Source: an uncultured Gemmatimonadales bacterium (lineage in GTDB: Bacteria; Gemmatimonadota; Gemmatimonadetes; Gemmatimonadales; GWC2-71-9). Taken from it: a stretch of 64,000 bases of DNA. The stretch is taken from positions 416,001 through 480,000 of the forward strand of contig CAVSLV010000001.1 of assembly GCA_963728915.1 (NCBI GenBank). The letters are read 5' to 3'. Both the position numbers and the translations under genes were made by a program. The notes under the pieces are model-generated. The model was not told where the DNA came from. It was given only the letters and a program-made list of their open reading frames with translations, and did no database searches. Positions 20,192-29,701 of this stretch are shown here, one piece after another (positions within the stretch are counted from its first letter, which is position 1; each line of letters begins with the position of its first letter).

Positions 20192-22627
20192 ATGACCCTC
20201 GACCTCCGCTACGCCTTCCGCTCCCTCCGCCGGTCCCCCGGCTTCGCCACCGCCGTCATTCTGACCCTGGGCCTCGGGATCGGGGCCAACACCGCGATCT
20301 TTTCGGTGGTTCGCGCCGTCCTCCTCAAGCCGCTGCCCCATAAAGACGGCGAACGCCTGATGTACCTGCGCCAGTCGGTCGAAGGCACCGGGGGCGAGAA
20401 CGTGCTTTTCTCGGTCCCCGAGATCAACGACTTCCGGGAACAGGCCAGGACGCTGGGCGGGATCGCCGAGTATTCCGAGTTCCAGGTGGTCCTCCAGGGA
20501 GAGAAGGAAGCCCAGCGGATCCATGTCGGTCTCGTCACCGGGAACTACTTCTCCATCATGGGCCTGGGGCCCATCCTGGGCCGGCTCACCACTTCGGCGG
20601 ATGACGGCCGGGGCGTCCCGCCGGTGATGGTGCTCACCTACGAGTTCTGGCAGAATCATTTCGGCGGCGACAGCAGCATCGTCGGGAAGACGGTGCGGAT
20701 CAACAACCAGGCGGTCCAGGTGATCGGGGTGGTTCAGCCGGCGCCCACCTTCCCCACCCGGATGGACGCGCTGATGAACATGGTGATCAGCGAGCACCAC
20801 CTGAGCGCCACGATGGTGCAGGGCCGGACCCACCGGATGACCGAGATGATCGCGCGGCTCGCGCCCGGCGCGACGGTGACGGAGGCCCGTACCGAAGTCG
20901 CCGAGATCCGGAAGCGGGTCCAGGCGGCCTATCCGGACGCGTACGACGCCGCGTCCAAATACACCGTCACCCTGACGCCGTTCCAGGAAGTGCTGGGGCA
21001 GAAGGCCCGGCTCACCCTGTGGCTCCTCATGGGCGCCGCGGCATTCGTACTGATCATCGCCTCGGCCAACGTGGCGAACCTCACCCTGATGCGCGGGGTC
21101 CGCCGGGAACAGGAGCTGGTGGTGCGAGCCGCCCTCGGCGCCGGCACCGCGCGGCTACGCCGGCTTCTCTTTGCGGAGAACCTGCTGCTCGCGATCGCCG
21201 GCAGCGCGCTCGGGTTGATCATCGCGTTCGCCGGAGTCGGATTGCTCACCTCGTTCATCGCGCGCCAGTCGCCCCGGGCCAACGAAATCCGGGTCGACGG
21301 CATGGTGCTGGGATTCGCGCTGCTCCTCGCGGCGGTGGTGGCGGTGCTTCTGTCCTTCGCGCCCAAATTCATCGAGGAATCCGGGCTGGGCGCCTGGCTC
21401 GGCAGCGCCGGGAAGTCCTCGGCGGGCAGGCGGCGGCAGCGGCTCCAGCGGGGGCTCGTGGTGGCCCAGGTCGCGGTCTCGGTGATGCTCCTCACCGGGG
21501 CGGGACTGCTGATGCGGACGATGTCCGCGCTCAACCAGGTGGATACCGGTCTCCACACCGACCACGTGCTGACGATGGAGGTCTCGCTCGACGGAAGCGG
21601 ACGAACGCCCGCCGATCAGCAGGTGTTGTACGAACAGATGCGGACCAGGCTCCAGTCCTTGCCCGGCGTCACCGAGGTTGGCATGGGCTCGACCATTCCG
21701 CTGCGGAGCAGCTTCCAGCTCGAGGTGAAGGCGGAAGGCCGCGCTCTCGCCCCGAACGAGCCGATGCCGCGGGCCGACTACCGCACTGCGAGCCCCGAGT
21801 ACTTCAAGGCGGCCGGGATCCCGCTCATCAAGGGACGATATTTCGAGCCGACCGACCGCGAGGGCAACGAGCGGGTCGTGATTCTCAACAAGAACCTGGC
21901 CGATCGGCTCTTTCCGGACAGCGACCCGATCGGACGGCGGGTGGCCTGGACTGGGGATGTGCTCCGCTTCATTCCGGTGAGCGGAGACTGGCGCACCGTG
22001 GTCGGCGTGGTGGGCGATACCAAAGACGACGGCCTGGACGGGGGCTCGCGACCGGTGCTGTTCCAGCCGTTCGCGCAGGAGCTGATCTTTGCCGGCGGGT
22101 TCGTGATTCAGTCCCGGCAGGACCCGCTTGGCGTGGCGCCCTCGGCTACCAGCACCGTCCGGACCCTCGCTCCCCAGCAGCCGATCGAGCACGTGCTCAC
22201 GGTGGACCAGATCAAGAACGAGAGCGTGGCCCCTCGCCGGCTCAATGCGCTGCTGGTCGGCGCGTTCGGCGCGCTCGCGGTGCTCATCGCGGCGGTCGGG
22301 ATCGGTGGCGTGCTGGCGTTCTCGGTCAGCGCCCGCACCAACGAGATCGGGATCCGGATGAGCCTGGGCGCGGACACCGGCAAGGTCCAGCGCATGGTCC
22401 TCGCCGAGGGCTGGCTGCTTCTGGGTATTGGGCTGGTGCTGGGGGTGGCGGGGTCGCTGATCGCCACGCGGTTGATTCGCGGTCTGCTTTATGGGGTGGT
22501 ACCCCACGACCCGCTCACCATGAGCGGCGTGGCCCTTCTCATGGTGGGGATCGGGACGCTGGCGTGCTGGATCCCGGCGCTCCGCGCGGCGCGGGTGGAT
22601 CCCGGAATCGCGATCAGGTCGCAGTAG
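20192..22627 (+). CDS. ABC permease, ADOP/MacB-FtsX duplicated type
   Basis: [49 protein letters not shown]. Confidence 0.92.
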   Translation: MTLDLRYAFRSLRRSPGFATAVILTLGLGIGANTAIFSVVRAVLLKPLPHKDGERLMYLRQSVEGTGGENVLFSVPEINDFREQARTLGGIAEYSEFQVVLQGEKEAQRIHVGLVTGNYFSIMGLGPILGRLTTSADDGRGVPPVMVLTYEFWQNHFGGDSSIVGKTVRINNQAVQVIGVVQPAPTFPTRMDALMNMVISEHHLSATMVQGRTHRMTEMIARLAPGATVTEARTEVAEIRKRVQAAYPDAYDAASKYTVTLTPFQEVLGQKARLTLWLLMGAAAFVLIIASANVANLTLMRGVRREQELVVRAALGAGTARLRRLLFAENLLLAIAGSALGLIIAFAGVGLLTSFIARQSPRANEIRVDGMVLGFALLLAAVVAVLLSFAPKFIEESGLGAWLGSAGKSSAGRRRQRLQRGLVVAQVAVSVMLLTGAGLLMRTMSALNQVDTGLHTDHVLTMEVSLDGSGRTPADQQVLYEQMRTRLQSLPGVTEVGMGSTIPLRSSFQLEVKAEGRALAPNEPMPRADYRTASPEYFKAAGIPLIKGRYFEPTDREGNERVVILNKNLADRLFPDSDPIGRRVAWTGDVLRFIPVSGDWRTVVGVVGDTKDDGLDGGSRPVLFQPFAQELIFAGGFVIQSRQDPLGVAPSATSTVRTLAPQQPIEHVLTVDQIKNESVAPRRLNALLVGAFGALAVLIAAVGIGGVLAFSVSARTNEIGIRMSLGADTGKVQRMVLAEGWLLLGIGLVLGVAGSLIATRLIRGLLYGVVPHDPLTMSGVALLMVGIGTLACWIPALRAARVDPGIAIRSQ

Positions 22628-22676
22628 CGCCAAGGGCGCGTTTGCTCACGAAATTACCAATATCCGAGAGAGCACC

Positions 22677-23078
22677 ATGTCGCTATCCGTCCTGTTTTCG
22701 GTCCTGCTCACCGCTACCCTGTCTCCGCTGCCCCAGGCGCCGAGTGTGGCGGGCGAGTGGGACGCCACCTACAACACCCCGGGAGGACCCCGGAATTTCA
22801 AGATCGTGTTTCAGGTGAAAGGGGATTCGCTCCTGGGCACCGTCAAACGGGACGACGGCGACGTTCCGCTCAAGGGTACCATCGACAAGGACCAGATCAA
22901 TTTCAGCTACACGATCATCTACAACGATCACCCGATCACCCTCACCATTGCGGCGAAGGTGACCGGGGATTCCATGGCTGGCACCGTCGACTTCGGCGGG
23001 ATGGGCGGCGACGACTTCTCGGCCCGCCGGTCGAAGCCCCCGCAGGGTGGAACCCTACTTCAGGGTGTAGGTCCCTGA
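22677..23078 (+). CDS. Secreted hypothetical beta-rich protein
   Basis: Signal peptide followed by VAGEW; codon usage like neighbouring genes. Confidence 0.75.
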   Translation: MSLSVLFSVLLTATLSPLPQAPSVAGEWDATYNTPGGPRNFKIVFQVKGDSLLGTVKRDDGDVPLKGTIDKDQINFSYTIIYNDHPITLTIAAKVTGDSMAGTVDFGGMGGDDFSARRSKPPQGGTLLQGVGP

Positions 23079-23543
23079 GCAGGCAAAGTCACCCGATCCA
23101 TCCGGCTTGCCCTTGGCGGTGCAGGTTCCCTTCGCGGTAATGCCCTGGAACTTGCCGGTTCCGCTCACCGCCGTCCAGGAATTGCTGCCGGACTGCATCA
23201 TGTTGTTGGCCATCGTGCCGGAGAGGGTGTAGGTGTAGGTGATCTTGTCGCCGTTGGCCATCGTCTCGACGAACACTCCGTGCCCCCTCGAGTTGTTCCC
23301 GATGGCTTCCACGAATTCCACCGCGGCGCCCTCCTTTTCCTTCACCCCGCCGATCTCGCCGGCCGTCGTGGTGCAGTGGACCTGCTCGATCAGATAGGCA
23401 TGGTTGGGTTGATCGGTTACCGGAAGCTGGTGGACCGGATCGGGCTTCGCGCAGTTCCAGGTGACCTTCATCGGACTCTGGGCCGCGAGGGTGGAGCCGA
23501 AGGCGAACAGCAGGGAACCCATCATAAGAGGAGCTTTACGCAT
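23055..23543 (-). CDS. Secreted hypothetical protein
   Basis: GGAG RBS, signal peptide ending LAA-Q, GTGKFQGI motif, paired Cys. Confidence 0.75.
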   Translation of the reverse strand: MRKAPLMMGSLLFAFGSTLAAQSPMKVTWNCAKPDPVHQLPVTDQPNHAYLIEQVHCTTTAGEIGGVKEKEGAAVEFVEAIGNNSRGHGVFVETMANGDKITYTYTLSGTMANNMMQSGSNSWTAVSGTGKFQGITAKGTCTAKGKPDGSGDFACSGTYTLK

Positions 23544-23602
23544 GAAGTGACTCCGTGGAGGGGCTGGAGACATACTCGGCATCCCTCGGTTTGGCAAGCG
23601 GG

Positions 23603-24157
23603 TTACCAGAAGATCTTCCGCCACCCGGAGAGTCCCCGGCGCCACATCGTCAGATAGATGATGAATCCGCTGATCACCAGCACCGCGAGCACCGTTCCCC
23701 AGGCCATCGCCGCCACCAGCCCACCATCACCGAACGCCTCGCCGCTATGGAGCCGGTGCAGGAACGGCTTGTCCACGTAGGCTCCGGTCATGAGCAAGGC
23801 GCCGGTCGCGGCGTCCACCACAAACCTCCGATCCTCCCCGCCGGCCGGCTTCCCGGTAAACACCGTGATGGTGGGCTGTTTCCCCTTGAACTGGATGGTG
23901 ACCTGATCCACCGGCGCGTTACCGGCTTCCTTCGCGGCCGTTTGGAAAGCGCGCGAGAGTCGTTCATTCCATTCCGAGAGCGACGCCTGAAGGGTGACCG
24001 GGCTCACCAGCTTCCGGTTCGCCTCCCGGAGCTCCTCGGCTTCGCCGAAGAATTCCGAGATGGCGACCATCACGCCGGTCACCGCCGCGAAAAGGATGAA
24101 CAGGGTCGTTGGAAACGAGATCCAACGATGCCACTTGCGCCAGAAGTTGGGATTCAT
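23603..24157 (-). CDS. PepSY-associated TM helix protein
   Basis: RKWHRW, VDAATG, LHRLHSG. Confidence 0.8.
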   Translation of the reverse strand: MNPNFWRKWHRWISFPTTLFILFAAVTGVMVAISEFFGEAEELREANRKLVSPVTLQASLSEWNERLSRAFQTAAKEAGNAPVDQVTIQFKGKQPTITVFTGKPAGGEDRRFVVDAATGALLMTGAYVDKPFLHRLHSGEAFGDGGLVAAMAWGTVLAVLVISGFIIYLTMWRRGLSGWRKIFW

Positions 24158-24174
24158 GGGAAGGAGGGAATGGG

Positions 24175-24837
24175 TTACGGCATGGTTGCCTGGAACAGCA
24201 CCAGGTCGCCGTCCTGCACCAGCCCCGGCCCGGGGCAGTAGATCTTCGTTTCCCGGCCCCGCTCGAGCGGAGTGGTTTCCGCGATCCGCACGCAGCCGTT
24301 GAAGAGGCCACCCCCCGATCCGAAGATCTCCTTCACCCCGACCACCTCGGCGCGATCCATCGCGATGCGGGGCGCCTGCTCCTGGTAGAACTTCATGTGG
24401 AGACTCGGACTGCCCGGCATCATGAGGCCGAACCTCGCGCCGCCGACCCCCGAAGCCCAGCTCCCCTCGTGGCCGGTGACCTGGCCGTCCCGATAGGTAT
24501 CCACGTCTTCGCCGAAGTAGTAGACGTCGCCGTTCGCGGGATTGGCGGCGAAGTAGTTGCGGGAGATCTCCGTCAGTTTGGTGTCCCGCGATTCCCGCTC
24601 CTCGATGATCCGGGTCTCGACGCCATCGATGACCTTCGTTTCGGCGAGCACGGTCACCACCAGCTCCTCGGCGCCGTGCTTGAGGGTCTGGCTGCTGCCG
24701 GGCTTCAGGGGGAAGAGCGGGTTGTCGCCCACGGGGGAGAGGATCGACTTGTCGATCTGGAAATCGCTGGTCCAGTCGTTCGGGCTTGCGCATCCGGCCA
24801 GAAGCAGGATGCCGAGCAGCGGAAGGCGCCTTGGCAT
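24175..24837 (-). CDS. Hypothetical lipoprotein
   Basis: Lipobox LLAGC; DNPLFPLKPG and GDVYYFGE segments. Confidence 0.75.
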   Translation of the reverse strand: MPRRLPLLGILLLAGCASPNDWTSDFQIDKSILSPVGDNPLFPLKPGSSQTLKHGAEELVVTVLAETKVIDGVETRIIEERESRDTKLTEISRNYFAANPANGDVYYFGEDVDTYRDGQVTGHEGSWASGVGGARFGLMMPGSPSLHMKFYQEQAPRIAMDRAEVVGVKEIFGSGGGLFNGCVRIAETTPLERGRETKIYCPGPGLVQDGDLVLFQATMP

Positions 24838-25029
24838 GGGGCAAATAATAAATGGAAACGAAAGGTGACGCGGTCCCCTGATCAGCGAGTAAACGACACC
24901 GCGCTCCCGTCCATCGTCCAGGTGGCCGGATCCCCGCAACTCGCTCCCAGCACGCCCTCGATCTGGAGGGAAGTCGCCGAGGCGAGCTTCAGGAGAACAT
25001 GCCGGGCGGGTGGAGGCGGGAGGATCACG

Positions 25030-25425
25030 GTGTAGGCGTCGTAACTGGGGGAATTCGAGCAACTGGTTCTCCTGGCGCTCCTCAAGTTGGGCGAGCAAGG
25101 CCACGGGCCCGCACTCCAGATCACGCTCGGCTATGCCGGACGAGGTGAAGGTCTGGGCACGATCTGCAAGGCGCTCCACCGTCTGGAGGACAAGGGACTG
25201 GTCCAGGGGAGGTGGGGCCAGTCCCGGCGCGAACCCGGTGGTCGCCGCAAACGGGAATACCGCGTTACCCCGAAGGGGCTGGAGACTCTGCGCGCGGCAT
25301 TGGCCATCCTCCGCAACCTGTACGGGCGCACCCCGGAGCATGAATTCGTTGGGGCAGTGGCGCCGCGACCCCAGCGACCTCGACAGGCGACCCACCCGAG
25401 GCCTCCGCTCGATCTGGGGCATTAG
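25030..25425 (+). pseudogene. Degenerate PadR-family regulator
   Basis: LGEFEQLVLLALL...LHRLEDKGLV...GGRRKREYRVTPKG, but the reading frame begins GTG TAG GCG TCG TAA CTG, with two in-frame stops before the conserved start of the domain. Confidence 0.65.
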
Positions 25426-25486
25426 AGTGACAAAGCCACTCTAATGCCGGACCTCCTCACCAACCACTGGTTGAGCGCAGGTCTTC

Positions 25487-25990
25487 CTACTCCACTCGGC
25501 TGAACGTCCCGACCAGCCCTCCAAAACCACCGAAGTCCTGGGGCCAGGTCACCGTCATCGTGGACCCCACGATCTTGAAGGTCAGGACTACATCGTTGGG
25601 GCACGGACCGGTCGCGCACCCGGCGACCCACTCGCCCATGTAATTGGGATCCTTGGCCATGTAGGCCTTGATGGTGACCTTGTCCCCGCTCACGGTATAG
25701 CGGCCCGAGTTGGCGGTAATCGAGTTGTAGGCCGCGAGCTTCTCCGCGTCGGTCATGTTGTCGCCGGCATAGTGGGCCCGTTCCTTGTCGTCCGAGACGA
25801 ACATGATGCTGTAGTGCTGCCTGGTGAACACCAGCAGGCCCCGCTGGGGGTGATCGATTTTCTTGCCGCCAACAATCCATCCGGTGGCGGTCCAGGCGCC
25901 AGCCGGTGAGGCTTGGGCCTGGCTCTGTACCGGGAACGCCAGGATGCTCATGGTCGAGAACAGAAAGCCGACCGGAATGGCTCTGTGCAT
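25487..25990 (-). CDS. Secreted lipocalin-like domain protein
   Basis: GGAGA RBS, signal peptide, GAW near the N-terminus, ANSGRYTVSGD. Confidence 0.7.
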   Translation of the reverse strand: MHRAIPVGFLFSTMSILAFPVQSQAQASPAGAWTATGWIVGGKKIDHPQRGLLVFTRQHYSIMFVSDDKERAHYAGDNMTDAEKLAAYNSITANSGRYTVSGDKVTIKAYMAKDPNYMGEWVAGCATGPCPNDVVLTFKIVGSTMTVTWPQDFGGFGGLVGTFSRVE

Positions 25991-26073
25991 GTTGCTCTTC
26001 TCCTTGGAGGGAGACCAAAGCTACCACGCTTCGGAAGTGGAGGGGCGTCGCTCGAAACGAACAGGTGACCGGG

Positions 26074-26736
26074 CTAGGAGCGCTTGCCGCTCCATGCTTC
26101 CCGGTACCCCGCCCGGCAATGCCAGACCGTCAGTGTCAACACTCCCAGCGTAAAGGCTGCCATGAACGCGGTGCCAATGTTGGGCCATGAGTGGGTGGTG
26201 AAATTGGCGACCTGCTTGGTCCCCACCACCGCGGGCATGAACGGAGCGATGGTCACCGGCGCATGGGGATCCAGATCGTGACCGAACACGTAGAGGCGGT
26301 AGGCAAACCTGACGAAGGAAAACAGGCCTACGTACAGCGTGATCACGCTGAGATCGACCAGGCTGCGGACCTTTCCGATCGCCGCCGCGCGCAGCGTCAA
26401 GAGGGCGAGCACGCCGAGCGCGAAGGGAATCCAGTCGAGGTCCTGAAACTCGCTCCGGGCGATCGTCTTCATACCGATGTAGTGATTGAGCTCGTTGATC
26501 TCCTGGATGTCGTGGCCTCCGTGCCCACCGTCGATCTTGTAGGCATAGACGTCGAGCCAGAGTCCCTGGGGATACTGGGGGGCCGTCATGCTGATGCGCC
26601 ACAGCGGCTGGGTGAAGCTGAGTATCAACGGGATCACCAGCAGGGCCAGCAGGATTCGGGGACGGAAACGGATCGGCTCATCGAGAAAGACCTCGAAGCG
26701 ATCCACCAGTGGACGAATGCGGTGTTCCAGCTTCAT
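26074..26736 (-). CDS. nosB: Clade II nos accessory membrane protein NosB-like
   Basis: GGAGG RBS; PLWRISMTAPQYPQGL, INELNHYIGM, FGHDLDP motifs; last gene of the nos run. Confidence 0.8.
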   Translation of the reverse strand: MKLEHRIRPLVDRFEVFLDEPIRFRPRILLALLVIPLILSFTQPLWRISMTAPQYPQGLWLDVYAYKIDGGHGGHDIQEINELNHYIGMKTIARSEFQDLDWIPFALGVLALLTLRAAAIGKVRSLVDLSVITLYVGLFSFVRFAYRLYVFGHDLDPHAPVTIAPFMPAVVGTKQVANFTTHSWPNIGTAFMAAFTLGVLTLTVWHCRAGYREAWSGKRS

Positions 26737-26773
26737 CTCAGCCTCCTTCGGCGTTCCAAGCTTCCGTCTCCCC

Positions 26774-27643
26774 TCACACCAGGTCTCCGCGACGCAGCCG
26801 TCGCCACGCCGCCAGCCATCCCAGCGAACCGACCGTAATCGGCCACAACAGTCCCAGGACCAGCAGGGCCGTCGGACCGACCCGATGATAGAGGAAATAC
26901 CCCACCGGGCCCAGGGTGCCGAGGGTCGGGTCGGCCCCGGACACCAGGGCAAGCCGAGCCGATTCCACCGGATTGAGGGCGGCCAGCACAAACACGACCG
27001 AAGCCGGCAGATTCCACTGCAGCATCAATCCGACCAGTCCGACGTCGAGCAAGGCCACCCCCAGGACCCAGGCCAGCAGCAGATACACCATCAACCGGTC
27101 CGGCTCGGCGACCCGCACCGACAGGGCGAGCCCGATTCCGGTGAAGCTCCACAACAGGGCGGCACTCACCCCAAGCGCTCGTCCCAGAAAGAGCCACGGG
27201 ATCGTCTGGTGGGTGACCAGCGATCCCACCAACGCCAGGGCCGGCATCAGGATCAGCAGTGGCAGCAACAGCGCGCCGTAGTGCACCAGGGTCACGGCGC
27301 CGAAATAGTCGTCCCGGGCGATCGGGTGACTGAACAGCATTTCGAGGGCGCCGTCCCGGCGAGCGCGACTCACCACCGGCCCCGACCCGGTGAGGGCCAG
27401 CAGCGGCAGCAACACTACCAGCGCGTGGCTCAGCGAGAAGAGGACTCGTTCCATGCCGGTGAATCCGAGCAGGGCGGACTCCCGGAGCCCCAGTCCCAGG
27501 AACCCGGCCGCCAGCACGACGTAGAGCCCGCCCGAGAACCAGAGCCAGCGCGAGCGCACCACTTCTCCCAGCTCCAGACGGGCCAGCGCCATAACCCGCG
27601 TTGCCGCCCTGACCGGGGCCAGCGTTCGCGCCTCCGCCGTCAT
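26774..27643 (-). CDS. nosY: ABC transporter permease NosY
   Basis: Multi-TM, RSRW, PLLAL, LNPVESARL; follows nosD-nosF. Confidence 0.85.
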   Translation of the reverse strand: MTAEARTLAPVRAATRVMALARLELGEVVRSRWLWFSGGLYVVLAAGFLGLGLRESALLGFTGMERVLFSLSHALVVLLPLLALTGSGPVVSRARRDGALEMLFSHPIARDDYFGAVTLVHYGALLLPLLILMPALALVGSLVTHQTIPWLFLGRALGVSAALLWSFTGIGLALSVRVAEPDRLMVYLLLAWVLGVALLDVGLVGLMLQWNLPASVVFVLAALNPVESARLALVSGADPTLGTLGPVGYFLYHRVGPTALLVLGLLWPITVGSLGWLAAWRRLRRGDLV

Positions 27644-28383
27644 CGGGACTTCTCCACTCGTGCGAGCTCTCCCTCCCCGGCGACCACCCTCCCGGACCGG
27701 CCGACTCCTCCGTTCAACCGCTCTGCCACCTCCGGTGCGGTCGCCGGCACGTCCAGCACCACCCGCCCGCTCTCGAGCCCAACGACCCGATCCACCAGCC
27801 GCCGCACCTCATCGAGGTGATGGGAGCAGAGCAGGAGGGTGGCGCCGTCCCCCGGACCTCCGCCCTCGAAGCGGCGGAAGAGCGCCTCCCGGGCGCTGCG
27901 GTCGAGGCTCGCGGTCGGTTCATCCATGATGAGGAGCGATACCGGGGCCGCAAGCGCCAGGGCGATGAACAGCTTCTGCCGGGTTCCCCGTGATAGAGTG
28001 CGAACCGGCCTGCGGTGCAGCGCGTCGAGGTCGAGGTCGAGCCCCGCCGCGGTGCTTCGAAGCTCCCTCGGGTCGAGGCCGCGGATCGCCGCAATGGCCC
28101 GCACGATCTCTCCCGCCGTGGCCCCGAGCAGAGGCGCGGTCTGGGGCACATAGGCGAGGTGGGCGGCCATGCGGGTGCGGTGTTCGAACGGATCCTGTCC
28201 ATCCAATCGCACCAGGCCCTGGCATTGCACCATACCCATCACCGCGCGCACCAGTGTCGACTTGCCGGAACCGTTCGGTCCCACCAGGGCAACCCGCTCC
28301 CCGGAAGCGATGTCGAGCGAGACCCGGTCCAGGGCCAGAACTCCCCGGAACTGCTTGCTCACCTCCTTCAGCTCGACACGCAT
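27640..28383 (-). CDS. nosF: ABC transporter ATPase NosF
   Basis: GPNGSGKST, LSRGTRQK, MDEPT, SHH; context. Confidence 0.88.
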   Translation of the reverse strand: MRVELKEVSKQFRGVLALDRVSLDIASGERVALVGPNGSGKSTLVRAVMGMVQCQGLVRLDGQDPFEHRTRMAAHLAYVPQTAPLLGATAGEIVRAIAAIRGLDPRELRSTAAGLDLDLDALHRRPVRTLSRGTRQKLFIALALAAPVSLLIMDEPTASLDRSAREALFRRFEGGGPGDGATLLLCSHHLDEVRRLVDRVVGLESGRVVLDVPATAPEVAERLNGGVGRSGRVVAGEGELARVEKSR

Positions 28384-28402
28384 CGCCGCTCCGGGTTCGG
28401 TC

Positions 28403-29692
28403 TCACGGCCCGCTCCGTGGTGACACCCGCGGTGCCGGGTCGACCAGCACGGTCTCGGGCTGCATCAGGGGAAAGATCCGGGCGACCGCGTCGAGAAGGG
28501 TGAACGCAATGGTGCCCCGGAAGATCGCCAGTTGCGGGTGGTCCGCGACCAGATGCTCCGAGAGGCTCCGCAGCTCGTAGGGGACGTCCCCCCGGCCGTC
28601 CCGGTTCAAGTCGTAGCCCTGATAGTCATCGAAATAGTTCCCCCGCCAATCGACCTCGCGGGCGGTTCCCCGACCTTCCACCGCCACCTGGACCTGGTTG
28701 GCTTCGAAATTGTTGTCGCGGAAGGTATTCCCGTGCTCGCTGCTGTGAAACGTGATTGCGGCGTTACAGCGGGCGAACGTGTTTCGCTGGACGACCATGG
28801 AATCTCCCGCCCGGAACGGCGAAGTATCGAGGTAGATACACGCGTTGTCGTGGAGAAACTGGGAATCCTCGACCACGAGGTTCCCCGATTCCTTCACCCC
28901 GAGCCCCATGCCGTCGACGCCGGCATTATCGATAATCGTGTCATTCCGGAGCGTGATGTTCCTGGCGTACATGACGAACACGCCGACGATGTTCTCCCGA
29001 TAGTTGCCGCCTTCCACGATGCAGCTGTCCGAGTACATGAAGTGGGTGGCATACCGGCTCCGCACCACCCGGTTGTTCAGAATCCGGTTCCCGGGAGAGT
29101 ACCAGACCAGAAGGTCGCGGGAGTCTTCCAGCCGGTTGCCCGCCACCAGCGACCCCCGCACTTCCCAGAGCCGGATGCCATCGCCCCGGATTCCCACCGG
29201 CAGCTCGGCCAGCCCCGAGATCCAGTTATCGGCGAGAACCACCCGGTTCGATCGCTCGACCACGATGCCGAACAGCGCGTCCTGCACCCTGAGCCCTCGC
29301 ACCTGAATATCGTTTCCGTGCAGATAGACCGCTCCGTCCATCAGGTCGTAGCGCCTCCCGCTTCCGCGCACCGTGAACCCCTGGAGGACCACGCTGTCGG
29401 CTCCGACCCGGACTGTGGTCCTGGTTCCGTCGGACTGGATCTCCGCCGAGGCCGGTCCCAGCAGGGTCACCGGCCGGTGAATCTCGACCGGACCGGCGTA
29501 GAGCCCCGGGGCGAGGCAGAGGATTCCGCCCCGCGGCGCACGGTCGATCGCGGCCTGGAGGGACGCTCCCGGCGGCAGCTCCTCGCCCCCGGGAGGACAC
29601 TGGGTGGAAGCAGGCGTCATCGCCGGCCCCGGTGCAGCGGCCAGCAACAGCGCCGCCGCCACCCCGGAACCGGTGATGCCGCTCATTTTCAT
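28403..29692 (-). CDS. nosD: Nitrous oxide reductase maturation protein NosD
   Basis: RGDGIRLW, RYATHFMYS, GNYFDDYQGYDLNRDGRGDVPY; beta-helix pattern. Confidence 0.93.
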   Translation of the reverse strand: MKMSGITGSGVAAALLLAAAPGPAMTPASTQCPPGGEELPPGASLQAAIDRAPRGGILCLAPGLYAGPVEIHRPVTLLGPASAEIQSDGTRTTVRVGADSVVLQGFTVRGSGRRYDLMDGAVYLHGNDIQVRGLRVQDALFGIVVERSNRVVLADNWISGLAELPVGIRGDGIRLWEVRGSLVAGNRLEDSRDLLVWYSPGNRILNNRVVRSRYATHFMYSDSCIVEGGNYRENIVGVFVMYARNITLRNDTIIDNAGVDGMGLGVKESGNLVVEDSQFLHDNACIYLDTSPFRAGDSMVVQRNTFARCNAAITFHSSEHGNTFRDNNFEANQVQVAVEGRGTAREVDWRGNYFDDYQGYDLNRDGRGDVPYELRSLSEHLVADHPQLAIFRGTIAFTLLDAVARIFPLMQPETVLVDPAPRVSPRSGP

Positions 29693-29701
29693 CTCGGCGC
29701 C

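Noticed and set aside
17632..20193. 853-aa minus-strand ORF and similar long Arg/Pro/Gly-rich ORFs throughout the window
   Set aside because: Shadow frames of well-supported genes on the other strand or frame
25030..25047. Stop-codon readthrough or recoding in the PadR relic
   Set aside because: Both TAG and TAA occur, and all three stop codons terminate genes normally elsewhere in the window
25487..25990. Possible nosL downstream of nosB
   Set aside because: No CxxCxM motif; looks lipocalin-like
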